This document shows positions 41,562 through 57,100 of a stretch of 64,000 bases of DNA, piece by piece (positions within the stretch are counted from its first letter, which is position 1; the number at the start of each line of letters is the position of its first letter). The notes below the pieces were generated by a model, which was given only the letters and a program-made list of their open reading frames with translations, was not told the DNA's origin and did no database searches. Made by a program: the position numbers and the translations under genes. Source of the stretch: Enoplolaimus lenunculus (lineage: Eukaryota); NCBI GenBank assembly GCA_030248215.1, contig JASANG010000266.1:62001-126000 (forward strand), written 5' to 3'.

Positions 41562-44500
41562 TTTTGTGTAAGCTCTAAATCATCTTGACCTAAGTTCAGT
41601 TTATTATGTAACAATATTAAGTTAAAAGAAAACATATCTTTACATACCCGCCTGGTCGCACCGTTATTAGGTAACGCATGGATATTAATGAGTCATTTTG
41701 GCTAGGATGTCAAACAAGTAAGTTTTAAATTATGTTCCAATAGAAGCTCGAGAATGTGGTTAGGTTTGGATGCCAAACAGACAAGACTTAAATCATGTTG
41801 CAATATAAGCTGTATATGGTCATGGCATAAATATAGTTTCAGCCGCTTGTTTTAAAGACACCAGACAGAGATTGCCATATGATAATTTAATTGTCATTAA
41901 GCGGATTGAGTAGACATTGTATTGATTATTTGTTTGAAACCGAACTTATACTGGCTTCTCCACAGCGGGGGGGGGGGGGGGGGGCCCCCCCCCCCCCCAG
42001 CACTTTTCGAAATTTTCATTTTCCCCCGGCGAAAATTTTGCCGCCCCCCAGAAAGGCCCCCCGGCGAATTTTCGGCCGCCCCCCGGCGAATTTTCGGCCG
42101 CCCCCCAGCAAAATGCCCCCCAGCAAATTTTTTTGCTGGGGGCCCCAGGACTTTTATAAGCCAAAATTTTTCAATGTTAAAACATAAAGACCTGGACTTT
42201 TTTGATGCGGACATTCGGAAAAATGTGATTTTATATTACGCTGAGTACTCACAATTTTTAATAGCGTTACAAATACCGGTAGTAACTAGTACAATTCAAT
42301 AATGAACTGAAAAAAGCACAATTATATAAAGACCGTTTCAGGGCATACAGCATTCGAAAGTACCTTGCAGCAACAGGTTCAACCCGCCTGAGTCTTATGA
42401 TAAACTGAAAATGTGACTAATATATAAAATATATGTTATCACAGTTTCAATTATAGATTATCTATATTTTATATAATTGTGCTTCTTTCAACTTCTGGTA
42501 AAGTTGTCAGTAGCCAGTTATACATGCACGATTGCTGGACCCAAAGAGAGTCATAACAGCGGTTTTACTAGCGAGACCGTTTAAATAAAGGGGTTTACAA
42601 AAGTAATCTAGGGCCTGTGATAAGTTAGGAAGGCTAGGCCACGACGGTTTTTAGTTGAATGCTTGCAGCTGAAAATGAGGGACGTTCTCACGAGGTTTCT
42701 ATCCCATGACCAATGGCCGACAGATTCTCAGTCCAGCGTGCTGAAACTGAGCAAACCCGCTTCACATTCAGCTGCTGAGTTTTTACGTTTTTATGCCTCA
42801 TGAGAACCTCAAAATCACACTCGTGTATTTCGGTTCTTCCATGTTTTTACTACTGCTGCATATGAAGACACTACATATGCATCAAGGTTTTACCGATGTA
42901 CAGCATTAGCATGAGGTTCCATTTTCTTCCATGCATCCGCATGTCACAATGGTAACTTTAGCGTAGTTCATTCGTTTACATTCAACTTTTCATATATATA
43001 TTCTTTGCGGTCGTACAAAGCCTCGCTCGAGAGGTTTTCTCAGTAAAAGTCGCAAAAACACATAAAAACGTAAAACGGTACCAGCGGGCCTGACTTCACA
43101 TTATTAGTTTTGCATTTGCATTGCTTGCCAGTAAACCAATCAAACCGAGTGTTAAAGGTGTGTACGAGCCGAAAATTAGTATTCTCGTGTTAGAGGGTCA
43201 GTCAGGACCCAGACCATACTCACCTTCGGATCGATCGAAAATCCCCGTTTTTAACTAATTCCGACCTTACATTCCGTCTATGCATCAGCTGTCACAGGGC
43301 CAACATTCTCCAATGTATCTAGCACCTGTTGCCAGCTGTAAACGGGTCGTACCACTAAGAACAAGTGGTAACGCAGTTCGCACCAATGGCATCGCAATTC
43401 GACTGCTTGAGAACTTATGGCAATTCGCGTAGCACATAAAACTATAGAATTACATGTTTGTACACTAGCTATATATTTTTTTCATAGCACAAAAAGGAGA
43501 AGAATCAAAAGAGGATGGAAGGTATTAAATGGGGCTTTAATTATGCTGCATGCATTCCTACTCCGACATCCACCTTTTAACGCAAACAAAATACAAACTA
43601 GAAAGGACAACAAAGCAAAATATAAATACATAATAAAGTGGAAGGGATATACCACAAAGGAGGATTGAAGAGAAGCGTTTCATTTCAGGTTACTAAGTGA
43701 AAACATTCAAATCTACATAAACTTTGACACATCAACTTTCACAAAGAATTTTGTGGCATATTATAAGATCAGCAATTGATCTCCTATGTTCATGATCTTT
43801 CAGGTTCAGGTAGTTTTTAGCCTTTGAAAATAATTCGAATTTCCAAGGTCATACCTGAAATATGTATGAAGGAACGTTACGTATATTGGACCCGTTACGA
43901 CACATCACTTAAACCGAATTCTAATTTAAATCAAGATTTCGCTAGGAGTTTGTTGTTTCGACTTGAATCGTAGGAATTCAACAAAGATACCTACATTTAC
44001 TGCATGATTGGTCATTTGCGCAATTTTTACCTGCTAAATGGTAACTATGCAATTTTGGCATTCGCACGTAACCAGATTGGGGCCAGAGGTTTAACCATAT
44101 TGTCTGAAGTTTAAGACAATTATGTTTTGATACAGACTCCAGACATAGGTATGTCTTGAATTCAAGACATTTTTATTTCCTAAATTTTTCAGAAATATAG
44201 GTCTAAAATTTTCACACCTGAATGTCTTAAATTTAAGACGTTGTTTTATGAACAACTTAGTAAAACATTTCTGAAATATAACACAAATATTTCTGAAATA
44301 TAAGACAAATATTTCTGACATATAAGACAAATATGACTGAAATAAAACACAGAGAATTGCCTTGGTAACAGACTCCAAAATTGCAAGTTTAAGCTCAACC
44401 CAATACCCTAATTTTACCTCCTGTCCAAGACGTAAACTTTTAAGTTGGGGGAGCCAAGCTCAACCTAAAATATCTTTGAGATTCGATTATTTTTATAATC

Positions 44501-46054
44501 TTTTCAGAATATAAACGAAGCAACTTTTTTAAATATATACATAAAAATTAGAAAATTAATCCTTGACTAAAAGACAACTATTTTATCAAAGAAAGAAATA
44601 TGTGTAAAAAAATTGGCAATAGCAATTTCTAGAATACAAGACATTTATGTTTTAAGTCAGACACAAATTTCTGAGCTGTTTAGGTAAGGCTATTAATACC
44701 TGAAGTACAAGACATTGATGTCTTGAAAGTTTTAAGAAAGTTTGAGCCTTGAAATTTTAAGACAATTTATTCTGTGTGTAGAAAAGTTTCAAACCTACTT
44801 GTGCATCGTCGCAAACCCTTGTATGCCCATTCTAGAAATTTTGTAGCCCTCGAAGCAAGCGGTGAGCTGGCTGCTCCTCCAGGCGCTCGTAATTTATTAA
44901 AAATTTGAACCGTAAGGCTTAAGTCTATGTGCTTACGCCTGAAATCATATTAAATTTGGAGTTGAGTCTAAACTCATTTCTCTGCAAGCCAATTTACTTA
45001 TCTTTCTTAGATTCGGAATTACGCGTAGCGGGTTGAAATATGCCGATGATAACGTTTTGGCCTCGAGATATTTCGATATGTTTTGACCGACCGCATTTCA
45101 ACAGTCCTATTACACTATTAATCTTAACGATCCTTACATAAACTCACCAAACTAAACTGCACAATTTACGCAAGGCCACCAAAAGTATTATTTGTTTAAA
45201 GTTTTCATGTCTAACCTTTAGAGGACGTGAAGCAATGCAATTCGTTCATAATTGGCACACAATTAATTTCCGTTTTTATTTAATCGCAAATTCCATGAAA
45301 GACGATGATACAGTTGGTATTCGGTTATCTCAACATTCCATTCGGTACAACATTATTTTTACATTCCAACATTTTGTTGTTTTATTCTACTAATACCCAG
45401 GCGGTTAATTTTTATGTGTGCACACAGCTTTTAAAATGTAAATTGCCACCTGATCGTACGGAATTTGAATTCTAGTATACACTATTCGAATCATGCATAC
45501 TAATGGTATTTCCACCAAATGTTTTTATCAATAACCATATTCTACATTGCGAAAATTATGAAATGCAACGAGAGCGTGCTTGTTAACTATTACAATGGTA
45601 TTTGCGAAATACAGTTATTATTACGGTTCATCGCCGTGTTCTAACATACGGCATGAGTTTCAAGTTGTTGAATGTAAATTTTATGTCTAAACGCGGGCGT
45701 TTGCGCTGGGTACGTGAAGACAGGCGGGGCTGTACTGAGGCAATATTTTTGCAAAGTCGGCCGGGACAGCCGGACAGTTCCGGGGACAGCCGAAACAACT
45801 TCGAGCCTGTGTTTTGGTTAGGTTTGGCGTGTCAGCTTCACGCCAATGTTTTTGTTGGGTCGTTCGAGACAGTTTCGCGTCTAGGTTTTACTGGTTCGGT
45901 CGGGACAGCTTCGAGCCTATGTTTTCGCTTGGGTCAGTCGAAACAGATGAGATAGCGTCGAAAGCCCAAAGTCTACAATTTTTAGCAGATTGAATGGAAC
46001 AATACTGATAGAAGCAGGTGAGTCTAGAAATTAAAAGTTTTTTGGAGAATACTA

Positions 46055-46496
46055 CTGTAGTGACCCGAATAAGAGGGGGGTGATATTTAATTGACCTCTC
46101 CAGAGGATACCCCCCTTGTTATTCGGTTACAGACCGTTATTTATTTTTAACCCACGCTCCACCGCCCTTTGTTACAGATATATATCCGGTACTGCAATTA
46201 TCCGTTGAATTAAACGTTTATTTGTCATGTGTCCATAGCTTAAGCGATAGTACAAAGTTATAGTTATGAATGTACTTTCAAAATTTAAGTACGCTATAAA
46301 GTTTCGAGCTCAAATTATTTGGTCCTGGAGTCATTTATCCGCTACAATTACGGTTTATTGATATTTATGGAGTCTAATTAGAGTTTAGGGACTCTATCCG
46401 CTTACTGACTCTTATTAGGGATACGGACTCCTATTGATTCGAACTAAAAATGGGGACCCCACTCTTATTACTCCTCTCTTAGACGAGTCAATACAG
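46055..46496. mobile_element. Tc1/mariner-like MITE, TA-flanked
   Basis: TA|CTGTAGTGACCCGAATAAGAG at the left end and CTCTTAGACGAGTCAATACAG|TA at the right end. Confidence 0.8.
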
Positions 46497-47190
46497 TAAG
46501 TAGCAGAGAGTGTTCTTAGACAAAAATACAAAACATAGTGCTTAGCGTGGTACAATATGGACATGCACGTCGATGTTTTGTGTGTTAAACTGATCGTTTA
46601 AGTTGTTGTTTTGGTTAATAGCTTGTTATTCGACCTGCATCGCATTGCTAAATGTTAGAACGACTTTTATTGGTTTTGATAAAAGCTAATTGAGACTTAT
46701 AAATATTATACTCACAAAGTTAAACACTGCGTACCTACAAATTGCAACTAAAAGCGCAATGAAATATAAAATATTGTCTTCGGAATAAAATATATAGAGA
46801 ATTCTTAATATTTCAACAATCGCGGCTTGGTTCAGTATTCTCGAATGGCTATAGCATCAACTGCCAGTTAGCGTCAGGTTTTCATATAGAATCGACCTAC
46901 TAAAGCGTGGAATTAAAATTTAGCGTGTCAGGACAAATATTAAATGTAAGATATACCGTTAAACATTGATGTTGCGTTTAATTAAATATTGCTGCCTAGC
47001 GTTTAGACGAGAAGAAATTTCATATGAACAGCGGGTCCGAACTTTGAAAAGTCTTGCTCGATCGCAAACAGGAATCAACTTTTAAAATGGGTTAAAACAG
47101 ATTGTAAAAAGGCTTTCATTTAGTATTCACGGAAGTCAGTAAAGTCCATAATCATGTACGAGCGTAGAGATTGTGTCCGATCGTAGGCGT

Positions 47191-50100
47191 CTATCGCTTG
47201 TCCTTATCAGGAAACGGCCCTGCAAGCACTTTTTTGATGAACTCTGAAAAAATGAATTAAAAATTCAAAAAATATTACTTTAAGCCTCCAAACTTATTTT
47301 TTAAAAATGTCTGAAATTCATCCATAATCTCAAAGGTTAAAAACTTGTTAAGAAATTGTGACAAAAATAAGGAATCGTAATGAAAGTAAAACTCTAACGA
47401 AATCGTTGAAAAGGATTTTTTGCAAACAGAGAAACTCTAAAAAGAACCCTTGCGAAACAAACGTTATGCATGCAATTGTCAAGACTGTTTTAGCATTTTA
47501 TAACATTTTTCAAAACACGAAAAGCGTTTTCTAGTTTTGGTTAATTGCTAAACAATTTGGTTATGCAAATCAAATAGTATCGTACGGTATTGATTGTAAA
47601 ATTAATACTGTTTTACCTTCGTATTTGACCATATTTTCGGGTGTCTTGACTCCTTCCAGAATTTCTTCAGTTTGCTCTTTCGTTAATCGTTCACCTAAAA
47701 GTTTTTTCACACTACGCTGTATGTTATCATGTGTGAAGCATTCGGAACATATTGTAAATGTTTCAGGACCGTAGGCTACGGGATGCTTAGGCGCGCTGAG
47801 TGCCCCTCTAAATATTCCAGAAAACGTTTTCACTCTTTCTGCGAAAGCGTCTGATAATCTCAACAGGTAACGTTAAACTTTTTTCGAACCCCTGCCTTAA
47901 CGGCTACTGGCCTGAATGGTATGCTTCAATCTTTTGCTTACCCTTTTCTTACATGAATATTTTTCATTCCTTATGAAACCTCCTTTTCCGCTAGGATTCA
48001 AACCACAGCAGCGACTAGAGCGGTATATGTTTACCATCATCACTCACCTATCAGAGAAGTCTTGTGGTAATTTAGTACTACGTATACGTGTTACTTTGCT
48101 ATTGTCAAACATTGGCTGTATTTCCGAAACCAAACTTAAGTACGACTTATTACTTAATTACGTGCTAAGTAATTACTTGACGACTTCTCGTTTTTAAAAG
48201 CGTACATAACTTAAGTAAACACTTAAGTCGCTAGCTAAATTTGATAGTTTACAAATTTACCATTCAGCAATACTAACCTTAGTCTAATTGAAATTGTAGA
48301 GTCACGGTGCCTTTTTTATATAAAGCAAAACTGTTACGTTCTTGTTATGATAATGGCTGACATTTGGCGTTTATTCCATTTAACTCGAAATTTACATATT
48401 TTACTTAAAGTGGTCAACTTAAATAATAACTTAAGTATAAGTTAAGTAAATACTTAAGTAAGATTTCGGAAACCCAGCTAATGTGCACTATATATTCCAC
48501 AGTGCGCTACAATTGGTCATAGCATCATCATTTGAGAACGAGTATCTAAGCTTACCCAAACTCATCAACGCATGTCGTAATTCAGGAAAGAACACCATTC
48601 CATTCTCGTCTTTGTCGAATACACGCAACGCTTCTATGTAATCATCGCGACTTCCGACTTCTTTTTCTTTTTTCAACGCCTCATAGATTGGCCAAAATTC
48701 AGCAGCGCTAATTCGTGCTTCACCTGGAAAAATATAAAATGTTCATTGGTCATTGTTGGAATATAGCAGACTTGTTTGTTCCGGAAAATTATGACCGGAA
48801 AAAGTTAATTTTTCCATTAAGGAAAAAATTCATTGTTTGTCTGACTGATCAGCCATCCCACTCTTAGCCGCCGTTTGTAAAAAATGCTTGGATTTTGAAA
48901 CTTTTTGTATATTTTAGTTTCTGATATCATCCCCTGATCATTCCATACCCAAATCTTAATTTTTGAAAAATTCGCTTTTTAAGGCCACAAGGTGAAACCG
49001 TTGTGACCCCAAAATTTGTTTTCGAAAAGTTGGACAAATTACATATCATTTGACGCAGTTTACAGAGCTGAGTCGAGTGGTGTCAAACTTTCTGCAATCA
49101 TAAGTCTGTTTGACGAGTTGTCAAATAACTGATTTGGTGTGCTGCCAGCGATCATGGTTCGGCGCCAAATTTAGTTATTTGACAATAACTAGTTAGTCAG
49201 ACGTCTGATTGGGGGAACATTTAACAATATTCGTCTTAGCTGCGCAACCTGTGTCAAATGGTACATAATTTTTCTAATTTTTCGACATACAATTTTTGGT
49301 CCAATTGCGGAATTGGAGTCACACTTGTTTTTTGTAAGTATATATTAAATCCTGAGACACTTTTAGGTTTTTCCTGACAGCAAACCCTCTCAATTGCTGC
49401 AACTTTGCGAGCAAAGCGGGGTTGAAACTAGACGTATTTTTGTGTTAAATTATACGGTAAAGGTAAGCTTGCAATTTTGAGTGCCCTAACATTAGCCTCA
49501 CTGCGGACGAAACCTGGTGAGTGAACCGAAAGAGATGCATATATAGTTTTATATAAAATCTCGGGGCAAAGCTTCAATTTAGAAATCCATTTATATATTC
49601 ATATGCTACAATTTTCGCTCTTTAAGAACATATAATGTGTCCTGGTGTACAGGCACACGGTCATTGTTAATCTGTTGCCCGCAAAATACTTACATTTCAT
49701 ATAAAAACATTTTATATCACATTTAGTCGCAAATAATACTTAAGAATCGTTTAATATTTTCAAACTTTTTCCACCCCCCTCGGAAAAAATGAAAAAATGG
49801 AAAAACCCCATTTTTTTCTTTAATTTTACCGGCCAACAACCTTCGAATATAGTGTTACATATATAGTCCAAAATTCGCAATCTTTAGTAATAAAGTTTTA
49901 ATTAAGTATATCATGTTTATCGTTTTTCATATAAAAACAGCCTAAAAATGCATGCAAACGATACAGAACGACTATAATTTTTTTCAATCAATATTAAAAC
50001 AGCTTGAAGGTCTTGGAGAATTGGAATGTTTTTACTATTAAAGCCAGATTTGAACCAATTTAATCAACCGATATGTGGAACATCGAAATTTTGTGACAAC

Positions 50101-50707
50101 TCAAATAAACACTGCTTATTAGCGTTTAATAGACAACATACCCCGTCGATATTTTTTCCCTGCAGCCTTTTCAACCATTGCTTCAGTCGGCCTGAGTCCA
50201 AGCGCACGTGCAACCGTTCCAATTTGTGTTCCGTCAATTTTATCGTCACCTTCGTCATCGAATAAAATCACCATTTTTTCGGCTTCTGCACAAAAATTTG
50301 CCTTAACGTCAATACTACAAAAATATCTCGGAAAAACAACAACTGAAACCGTTAAATTTTAAGTCTTTCGTTTATAACAGGTTAGACTTGATGACGAGGA
50401 TACAAATTGCTTTACTCTTCGAATATTCCTTACGGAGAAGCAGAAAAATATTGTTTCCGGGGTGTTCATATAAACTTTATATGTATACAGGTGCACGACA
50501 AAATGCTGGTTGAATATTTATATTTAAAATAATAGGCAAAATTCAAAATGGTTCTGGAGCATTTCTAAAAAATGCAAATTTAAAATTATCAGCTTGTGCT
50601 ACCAGAAGCTTGTCAGAACTTGACTCGTTGAACCGCATAAACAATAATGCTATTGCCAAGCATGTACCGTTAAAACTGAAAAGTAACTCACCTTCTTGCT
50701 TAACCAT
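47191..50707 (-). CDS. mlc-3: Myosin essential light chain (MLC-3-type EF-hand protein), 5 exons, about 152 aa
   Basis: Exons 50707-50692, 50285-50142, 48723-48556, 47694-47617 and 47243-47191, all introns phase 1. [42 protein letters not shown] and [18 protein letters not shown] closely resemble nematode MLC-3. Confidence 0.93.
48830..49431. mobile_element. Probable Helitron/HINE-like non-autonomous element in an mlc-3 intron
   Basis: Starts with a GTTT/GTCT microsatellite and ends GCGAGCAAAGCGGGGTTGAAACTAG. Boundaries are approximate. Confidence 0.35.
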
Positions 50708-53700
50708 TTTGACAGTTGCTTAATAAACTAACAAAAAATCTTCAAGTTGCTTCAAGCCTTGTTGGAGGATAACCAAATTGCAGTTTATGTGTCGTCTAAA
50801 CAGTTACTACGCCGTTTTAAAAACCGTTTATAAACTGAAAAGAAAGCATTTCTTTAAATCTCAAATATCCTTTTCGATCCGCAGTTATGTTAAACCAACA
50901 AAACACTGCTGCCACGCTTTTATACAGAAATTCGTGTTCTAGGCAGTAATTGCTACAAAAATTCGATTCTTTCGGTTTTGCGGGACGCAAGACAAGGGCG
51001 TAGCCAGGGGGGCCAAGGGAAAGATGCTATGGTCCCGCAATGGTTTTGAAAAAAATTCATTTTTGAATAAATTGAAACTAGCATGTACTGTGCGTCGTTT
51101 CACCTCCGCAAACTAATTGTTGATGTTTTCCTATTAACTGAACCGACATTGTTTTAGCGGCATATGTACCAAAATTTGTTTTCTCACGCGTAGTTGTGTG
51201 TAGTGACTGTTTTTGTAGCATGTATTTTCATCAAAAACGATGGTACAACCAACGCACGAAGTATTGTGAGTTTCATTTATTATCGCTGTTTACAAATACG
51301 TTATGGCAATTCGTTGCATTATCCTGGATCAGCTAAGGGTGATTTTTCGTATAAAAAGGCATTAAATAACATCTTTAAACTATGTTAGGTAGTGATGGGC
51401 ATAGGATATTTTTCTTGTAACGATATCCGGCAATTTTTATTGTATATTTATCCAGATATCCGTACTTTTTCAGTTTCGGTACCCAAAGCATTTGGTCTAG
51501 AAGATTGCTACTGACTAATAAATACTTGCGTTGACAGCCTGAATGAGCATTGCCGCGGAAGCGCCCCCCAAACCCTCTAATTAGAGGGCGACCCTTGGGA
51601 CGCTGCATTTTGGCAAACTAAAATTTTTTAACAATTTATTAAAGGCCCCCATGGTCGTGTTTGGGGGGCCGACTATCTTAACGTCGGCCTTGTGAATGAG
51701 TTGTTTTAGTATGCCCTCGTCGGATTTAAACCACTGTAACAGAGTTTCTACCTAATATAATTATCCAGTTCCGTTTTGCACCTGCTGCATATGTAATTGA
51801 TGAAAATTGATTAACACACTATATAATTGAAGTATTTGTGCGCCCCCCAAACAAAAATCCTGGCTACGCCCATGATGCAAGAACGGATATTTTCGCACAG
51901 CCTGTCTCTAAGAACGTTTCAACAATGAAAAATTTTGAACTTAGTTTCTATTTAGAAGTAAATATCTTTCAACTCATTTAATATCGTTATATACTCTGCT
52001 AGAATTGAAAAATTGTTGCGTGATTTTCTGCAGGAATGATAAAAAATGATCCTTAAATAGCTCCAAATTTGTTTAAAGTGCATTTATGATTTGTTTACAA
52101 GAAATAAAAGCCTAAGCAAAGAAGTAAGTCTGAAAGCTTAGTTTTACTCTATTGCAATCCCCTAGAAACACGTTCCGCCCCTCAATTTACACGAGCCGTT
52201 TAATTGAACGATCCCCAGAAAATAGTTTCTTGTTTCTGATTTTAATGGCATATTTTGCGTCACATGAGAATGCAGATTTTTATTCAGCGTTAATATTAAA
52301 ATTAAATAATGTAACAGCGCAATAAAAACCGTTGAATGCGCACGGAAGCTTAAAAGAATCGTAGGTACACTGTTGTCAAATTTTGACTAACAGAAACGTT
52401 GCTTAAAAGATAAATCAGCGTAATGCAATTGGCCTCAGAAGAATAGAACTAATGTCGCGCAAACCAAACGAAAGCATATTACACATTCGTTTTGTGTTCC
52501 CTCCGCAGAGGTCGCGCGAGGGTTAAAAGTCGTACGTAAAATGTTTTGTAAACGTACGCAAAGCCGCAAAAATTTGAGGAACGTAATATTGCAATTTTGC
52601 CGTTTCGCCCTAATTAAAACACATTTAATGGTAAATTATTTGTCTCAACGAGTTAAAAGCATTACTGACATTTGCCGTATATATATGAACTGCAGTCTTT
52701 ACCTGCTTTGGCCTTCCTACTTGCCTGACCTCTTTTAAACTTTAAAAGTTTGTATGTATCGGTGTAGCTGCATTGTGATGTTGCAGAGCCAAAATGGTGT
52801 GCTTCACCTTTGATCTGCCAGAGTTAGAGTCGTACTATTGTGACCTACAGGTAGTGCGAATAGCAAAATTTGCACTGTAATGATTTGAATAAAAGGGGGT
52901 CCCATTTTAGGCCCGAAACTATAGGAGTCCATATCCTATACGAAGCCGTAAGCGGATAGAGTTCCTAAACTCTAATTAGAGTCTAAAAAAGTCAATTATC
53001 TCCAGTTGTAGTACATAAGTGACTCCAGCACCAAATAAAATCTTTAGTGTTACTTTGCATATCGCTCAAGCTTTTGATAACGACAAATAAAAACTTTTAA
53101 TTCAACGCGCAACGGATAGTTGCAATGTCGGATATATATACCAGTAACGAACAGCGGCGGAGGGTGGGTTAAAATAAATTACAGTTCGTATAATTGGCTG
53201 GGATGGTCTCTAAGTAAGGTTAACGAAACGATTTGGGAGGCAACATTTATTAGAACCCTTTTAAGTTTACGCTTGCTTCAATCAAATCTCGATCTTAAAC
53301 TTATGGAATCTTTAAGTCGCGGCATTATGTACAAAGCGATCGTTTGTGCCGTTCATGATACTCCGGTTCAGCTCGGATTTTTTGCATACACTTCAGTAGT
53401 TCGCTTTCAAAATGCATTTTTTGACTTTTTTGCGGTCAAACTCGATTTGAAGCATTGTGATTGTTTTATTGTTAGTATAAACTTTTTTTAAGAATTTTCC
53501 GTGTTCAGCGATACTTTTTGTGTTTTTCCGTATTTAGCAGGCTTTAACAAACAGGCCGGAATGCCGGTCATAATTAGGCGTAATACCAATAATACTGCTT
53601 CACAGAGGTTCTAACATACGTCCTTTTCACGTGAAGTAGATTTTCTTTTTTTGTCTGACACATGGTTTAATGCTATTTCTTTGTAAACAAAATAACGGTA

Positions 53701-54127
53701 AACAAAACTCCACAAATTTGAAGTTTCTCTACTGTTTGTACCTATATAAGACAAACGTAAAAAGTCTGACCCGAAAACTTATGGTCCAGTTAGTGCCATT
53801 TCTTGGTTCGTTGAACAATAATGTAAAGGGTTATCACTGAGAAACTCTTTAGACATCCATTAAATTAACAATTCGTTGGTTATTACTGAGCTAGTGATGT
53901 GGTCAATGAAATAATAGCTAACATAATAGCTCGCTTTGTTCCGTGGGATATGATTTGGTAAGCGCGGTTTTAATTCACAATCATCAAACCGTAGTCGAAG
54001 TGTAACATGCGTTGAGTACATACCTTAGTTGTTGCGTTTATACAGGTTCTTGATTCTGATATGATGGTTTTCTGTTTAGGATTGCAGTATACGTGCTGAT
54101 TCTAAATTAGTATAATTCTGACTGAAA

Positions 54128-57100
54128 ATGGATGCTCAAGATAACTGCTGCCAGCAAAATTTCGTTTCTGAGATTCAAAGCATTATGTTTGCTATGGGCG
54201 ATTGTCGAAAACCGTTGAAAGAATCTGCTCTGTTAATAGAATCAATTGTTAAATCGTATGTTTTTCACCTTTTCCAAGATTTGAAAGTTTTTATCAATCT
54301 GAAGCATGTACGTTATACAATAGCAGGCAAGAGCGTGTGCAAAATAATTCGGGGCTTTGTTTTCCTCTGTGATTGCACATTTATAAAATAATAGTTGTAA
54401 TTTAATTCATCGCGTAATGGACCTGGTTTTCAAGGCAGTATTTAACTTGGATATTAGGTATTGTTTTCTAACGTTGTTCTTATGCTTACTGCTGAGCCAC
54501 TAAAGATGTACTATTAACATGAATCTATGACTTAATTTTTTTAGCGAAGTACGACGAATTTTAGAGCAATGCATCCGCATTTGCGATTTGCGAAAAAAAC
54601 ATAGGTCTTGTATTACAGTGCATGACATAGTGTTTACAATTCGAAAAGATGTTGGCTTGTTGCGGAGACTTTTACGCCACATGAGGCTCAAAGATTCAAA
54701 GTTTTCTGAGATAAGGTAATATATCAGGGTGCAACCGGAATTGCAATTTTTATCGGAAACAGAATTTGAAAAAATTACCGGAAACAGAACCATAAAATTA
54801 AACATACAGGCCACCGAAAATTTGATTTTAATTTTTCTTTTTGCAGTATTATTGATTAAACAACCCTCATTGGAGATAGGTATTCACTTACTTTACCTGC
54901 TGTATTTTATATATTCATAATCCACGGAAACGAAATCTATACCCTCGAAGGTTTATATTTGGCGAATGTCAAGGTTTATGTACTATACGTGCTGATGAAA
55001 TTATTTAATTTTTATCGTCATTGTTAAGTAAAATATCTTAATTTCTACTGACCAAAATTTAATACCGAATTATTAATTCCGATAAGAATTTACCGGAACC
55101 GGATGGTGAAAAAATGTCGGAATCGTAATTACGATTGCACCCTAAATATATATCATGGTGCAACCGGAGATGAAAAATACTGGAACCGGAGGTCAAAAAA
55201 ACTTGCCGGAAGTGAGTCGTAAATCGGAATTGGAATAGGAACTCGTTTTGAATTTGATTCTAATCGGAATAGGAATTCGAGTTGCACTGCACTTTGGCAT
55301 ATAGTTAAAATGATGTTTAATTTGTTAACTTTAGCAGTGTAATGTGTTGTTAGATCCATATGTTTTGCGCTTATTTTTTTACGAAATCTGGACAATTTTT
55401 ACTTCATAATTGCGCCAAAATTTAAAATGAAACGCGTCAAACAGATAAATTCTGTAACACTATGCTAAATTTTACTACCGAAACTGTCGGAATTTCCGGT
55501 AAAATGTCTGTCGGAGCCGAAGGTCGATTTTATGCCGGAGCCACACCTCCGGTTGTACCCTGAAATTAAATAATATATAATATATTTATATATGTACCGA
55601 GCAGGGATCGACCGGATGTCCGGTTCCGGTATAAACCTACCGGATACGGATATTTGTGGTTGCGGTTGCAAATATCATAAACTGTTTTTGCGCATCAAAA
55701 TACTAGATATTTTGAAGCGACTGCAATTCCGAGCAATTCATGAATGGACACTGACGTGGAATGAAAAATCCAAACCAAAAATTAATTTAAATCAATAAAT
55801 ACCTATTTTGCACGACTCAAATACTTCCAACAACTTACAAATTTAGATCCTATATCCGGTTTCGGCTCCGGGTCCGGTGCAAAATTCACTATCTGGTTCC
55901 GGTTCCGGTATACGGTAAAATTAATATCCAGTCTATCCCTGGGACCGAGATGTGCCATGAACTTACATTATTTATTTCATGCATAGTGGTGGGTAATGGG
56001 TTTCTTTATCAGAGTACGATAACTGCCATTGCTCACATATTATACACATTTGGTTGTTAAGTTGAGAATTTGCGCTCTGGCAGTCGTTTAGTAATTTTAT
56101 TCATTTCTTGACATGGTGGTTTATATTATTGTTTAGTAACTTAAATGCATCATTTACATAATTGTAGTGAATGTTCAGCTGAAGAAGACTTATCGGAAGG
56201 CATTGTCGACCGGAAAACTTCTGGGAAGTCCGTACATAAGCGTACAAAAGTGTTGTGTCAGGCGTTGCGAAATATAGACGATGAAGCATTTAGTGACTTA
56301 ATTGAGCTGATGCACAACCAATGCATTGAAAGTAATAATAATCTGTGTGACCCAGCGTTTATATTTGATAAGTTCTTTACTTGGAAGAGTTTGGTGAATG
56401 TTTATATATAGCATTCTGTATACCAGGGTGTGAAGCCTAATTAATTCCGGGGCCTAAGGTATTCAAAGTGTTTACTACGTGACAAATGTTAACATACCAC
56501 GCCAATGCTTTTTTAACGCAACAACGACCATATTCCGCTATTTTAAGCGTATTTACAACGGAATGCAACATCAGTGTTTGTTTTCATTCACTAAGTTCTA
56601 TCGACTGTCCCTGATAAAACTGGAAGCAGCATAGGATAACTCGAACACCTGGCCGTCAGGATTCTAATAAACCTTTGGTAAAGTAGAAACTGATACATCT
56701 GGCCGTCAGGATTTTTGATAAACCTTAGATAAAGTATAAGCTGATATCGCAGTAAATAACATTGACATGGTTGTTGGCCGGAAAAATTACTTGAAGAAAT
56801 ATATTAACTAATGTTAATTAGATGAAAATCAAATAATTCAACTGAAACACACTAAGTGACCGTGTGTTATTCATCGCCATGTCCACCAGGACTTATTACC
56901 CGATAATAAGACCAGAAATTGCCGCATATGAATATTTCAATGAATTTGTTAATTGAAAGTTTGCCATGCCGTCTAATATAAAATTGTGTTTGCCATCTCG
57001 TTCGCTTCACTAGGCAAGTTCATCGACTAGTGAAGCCACGGTTAGGGTTCCAAAACCGAAAGTTTGTTTTTATTATTGTAATATAATACAAAAGTAAAGT

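Noticed and set aside
41891..42302. Overlapping Gly/Pro-rich ORFs
   Set aside because: They are products of G/C homopolymer repeats and are open in several frames on both strands.
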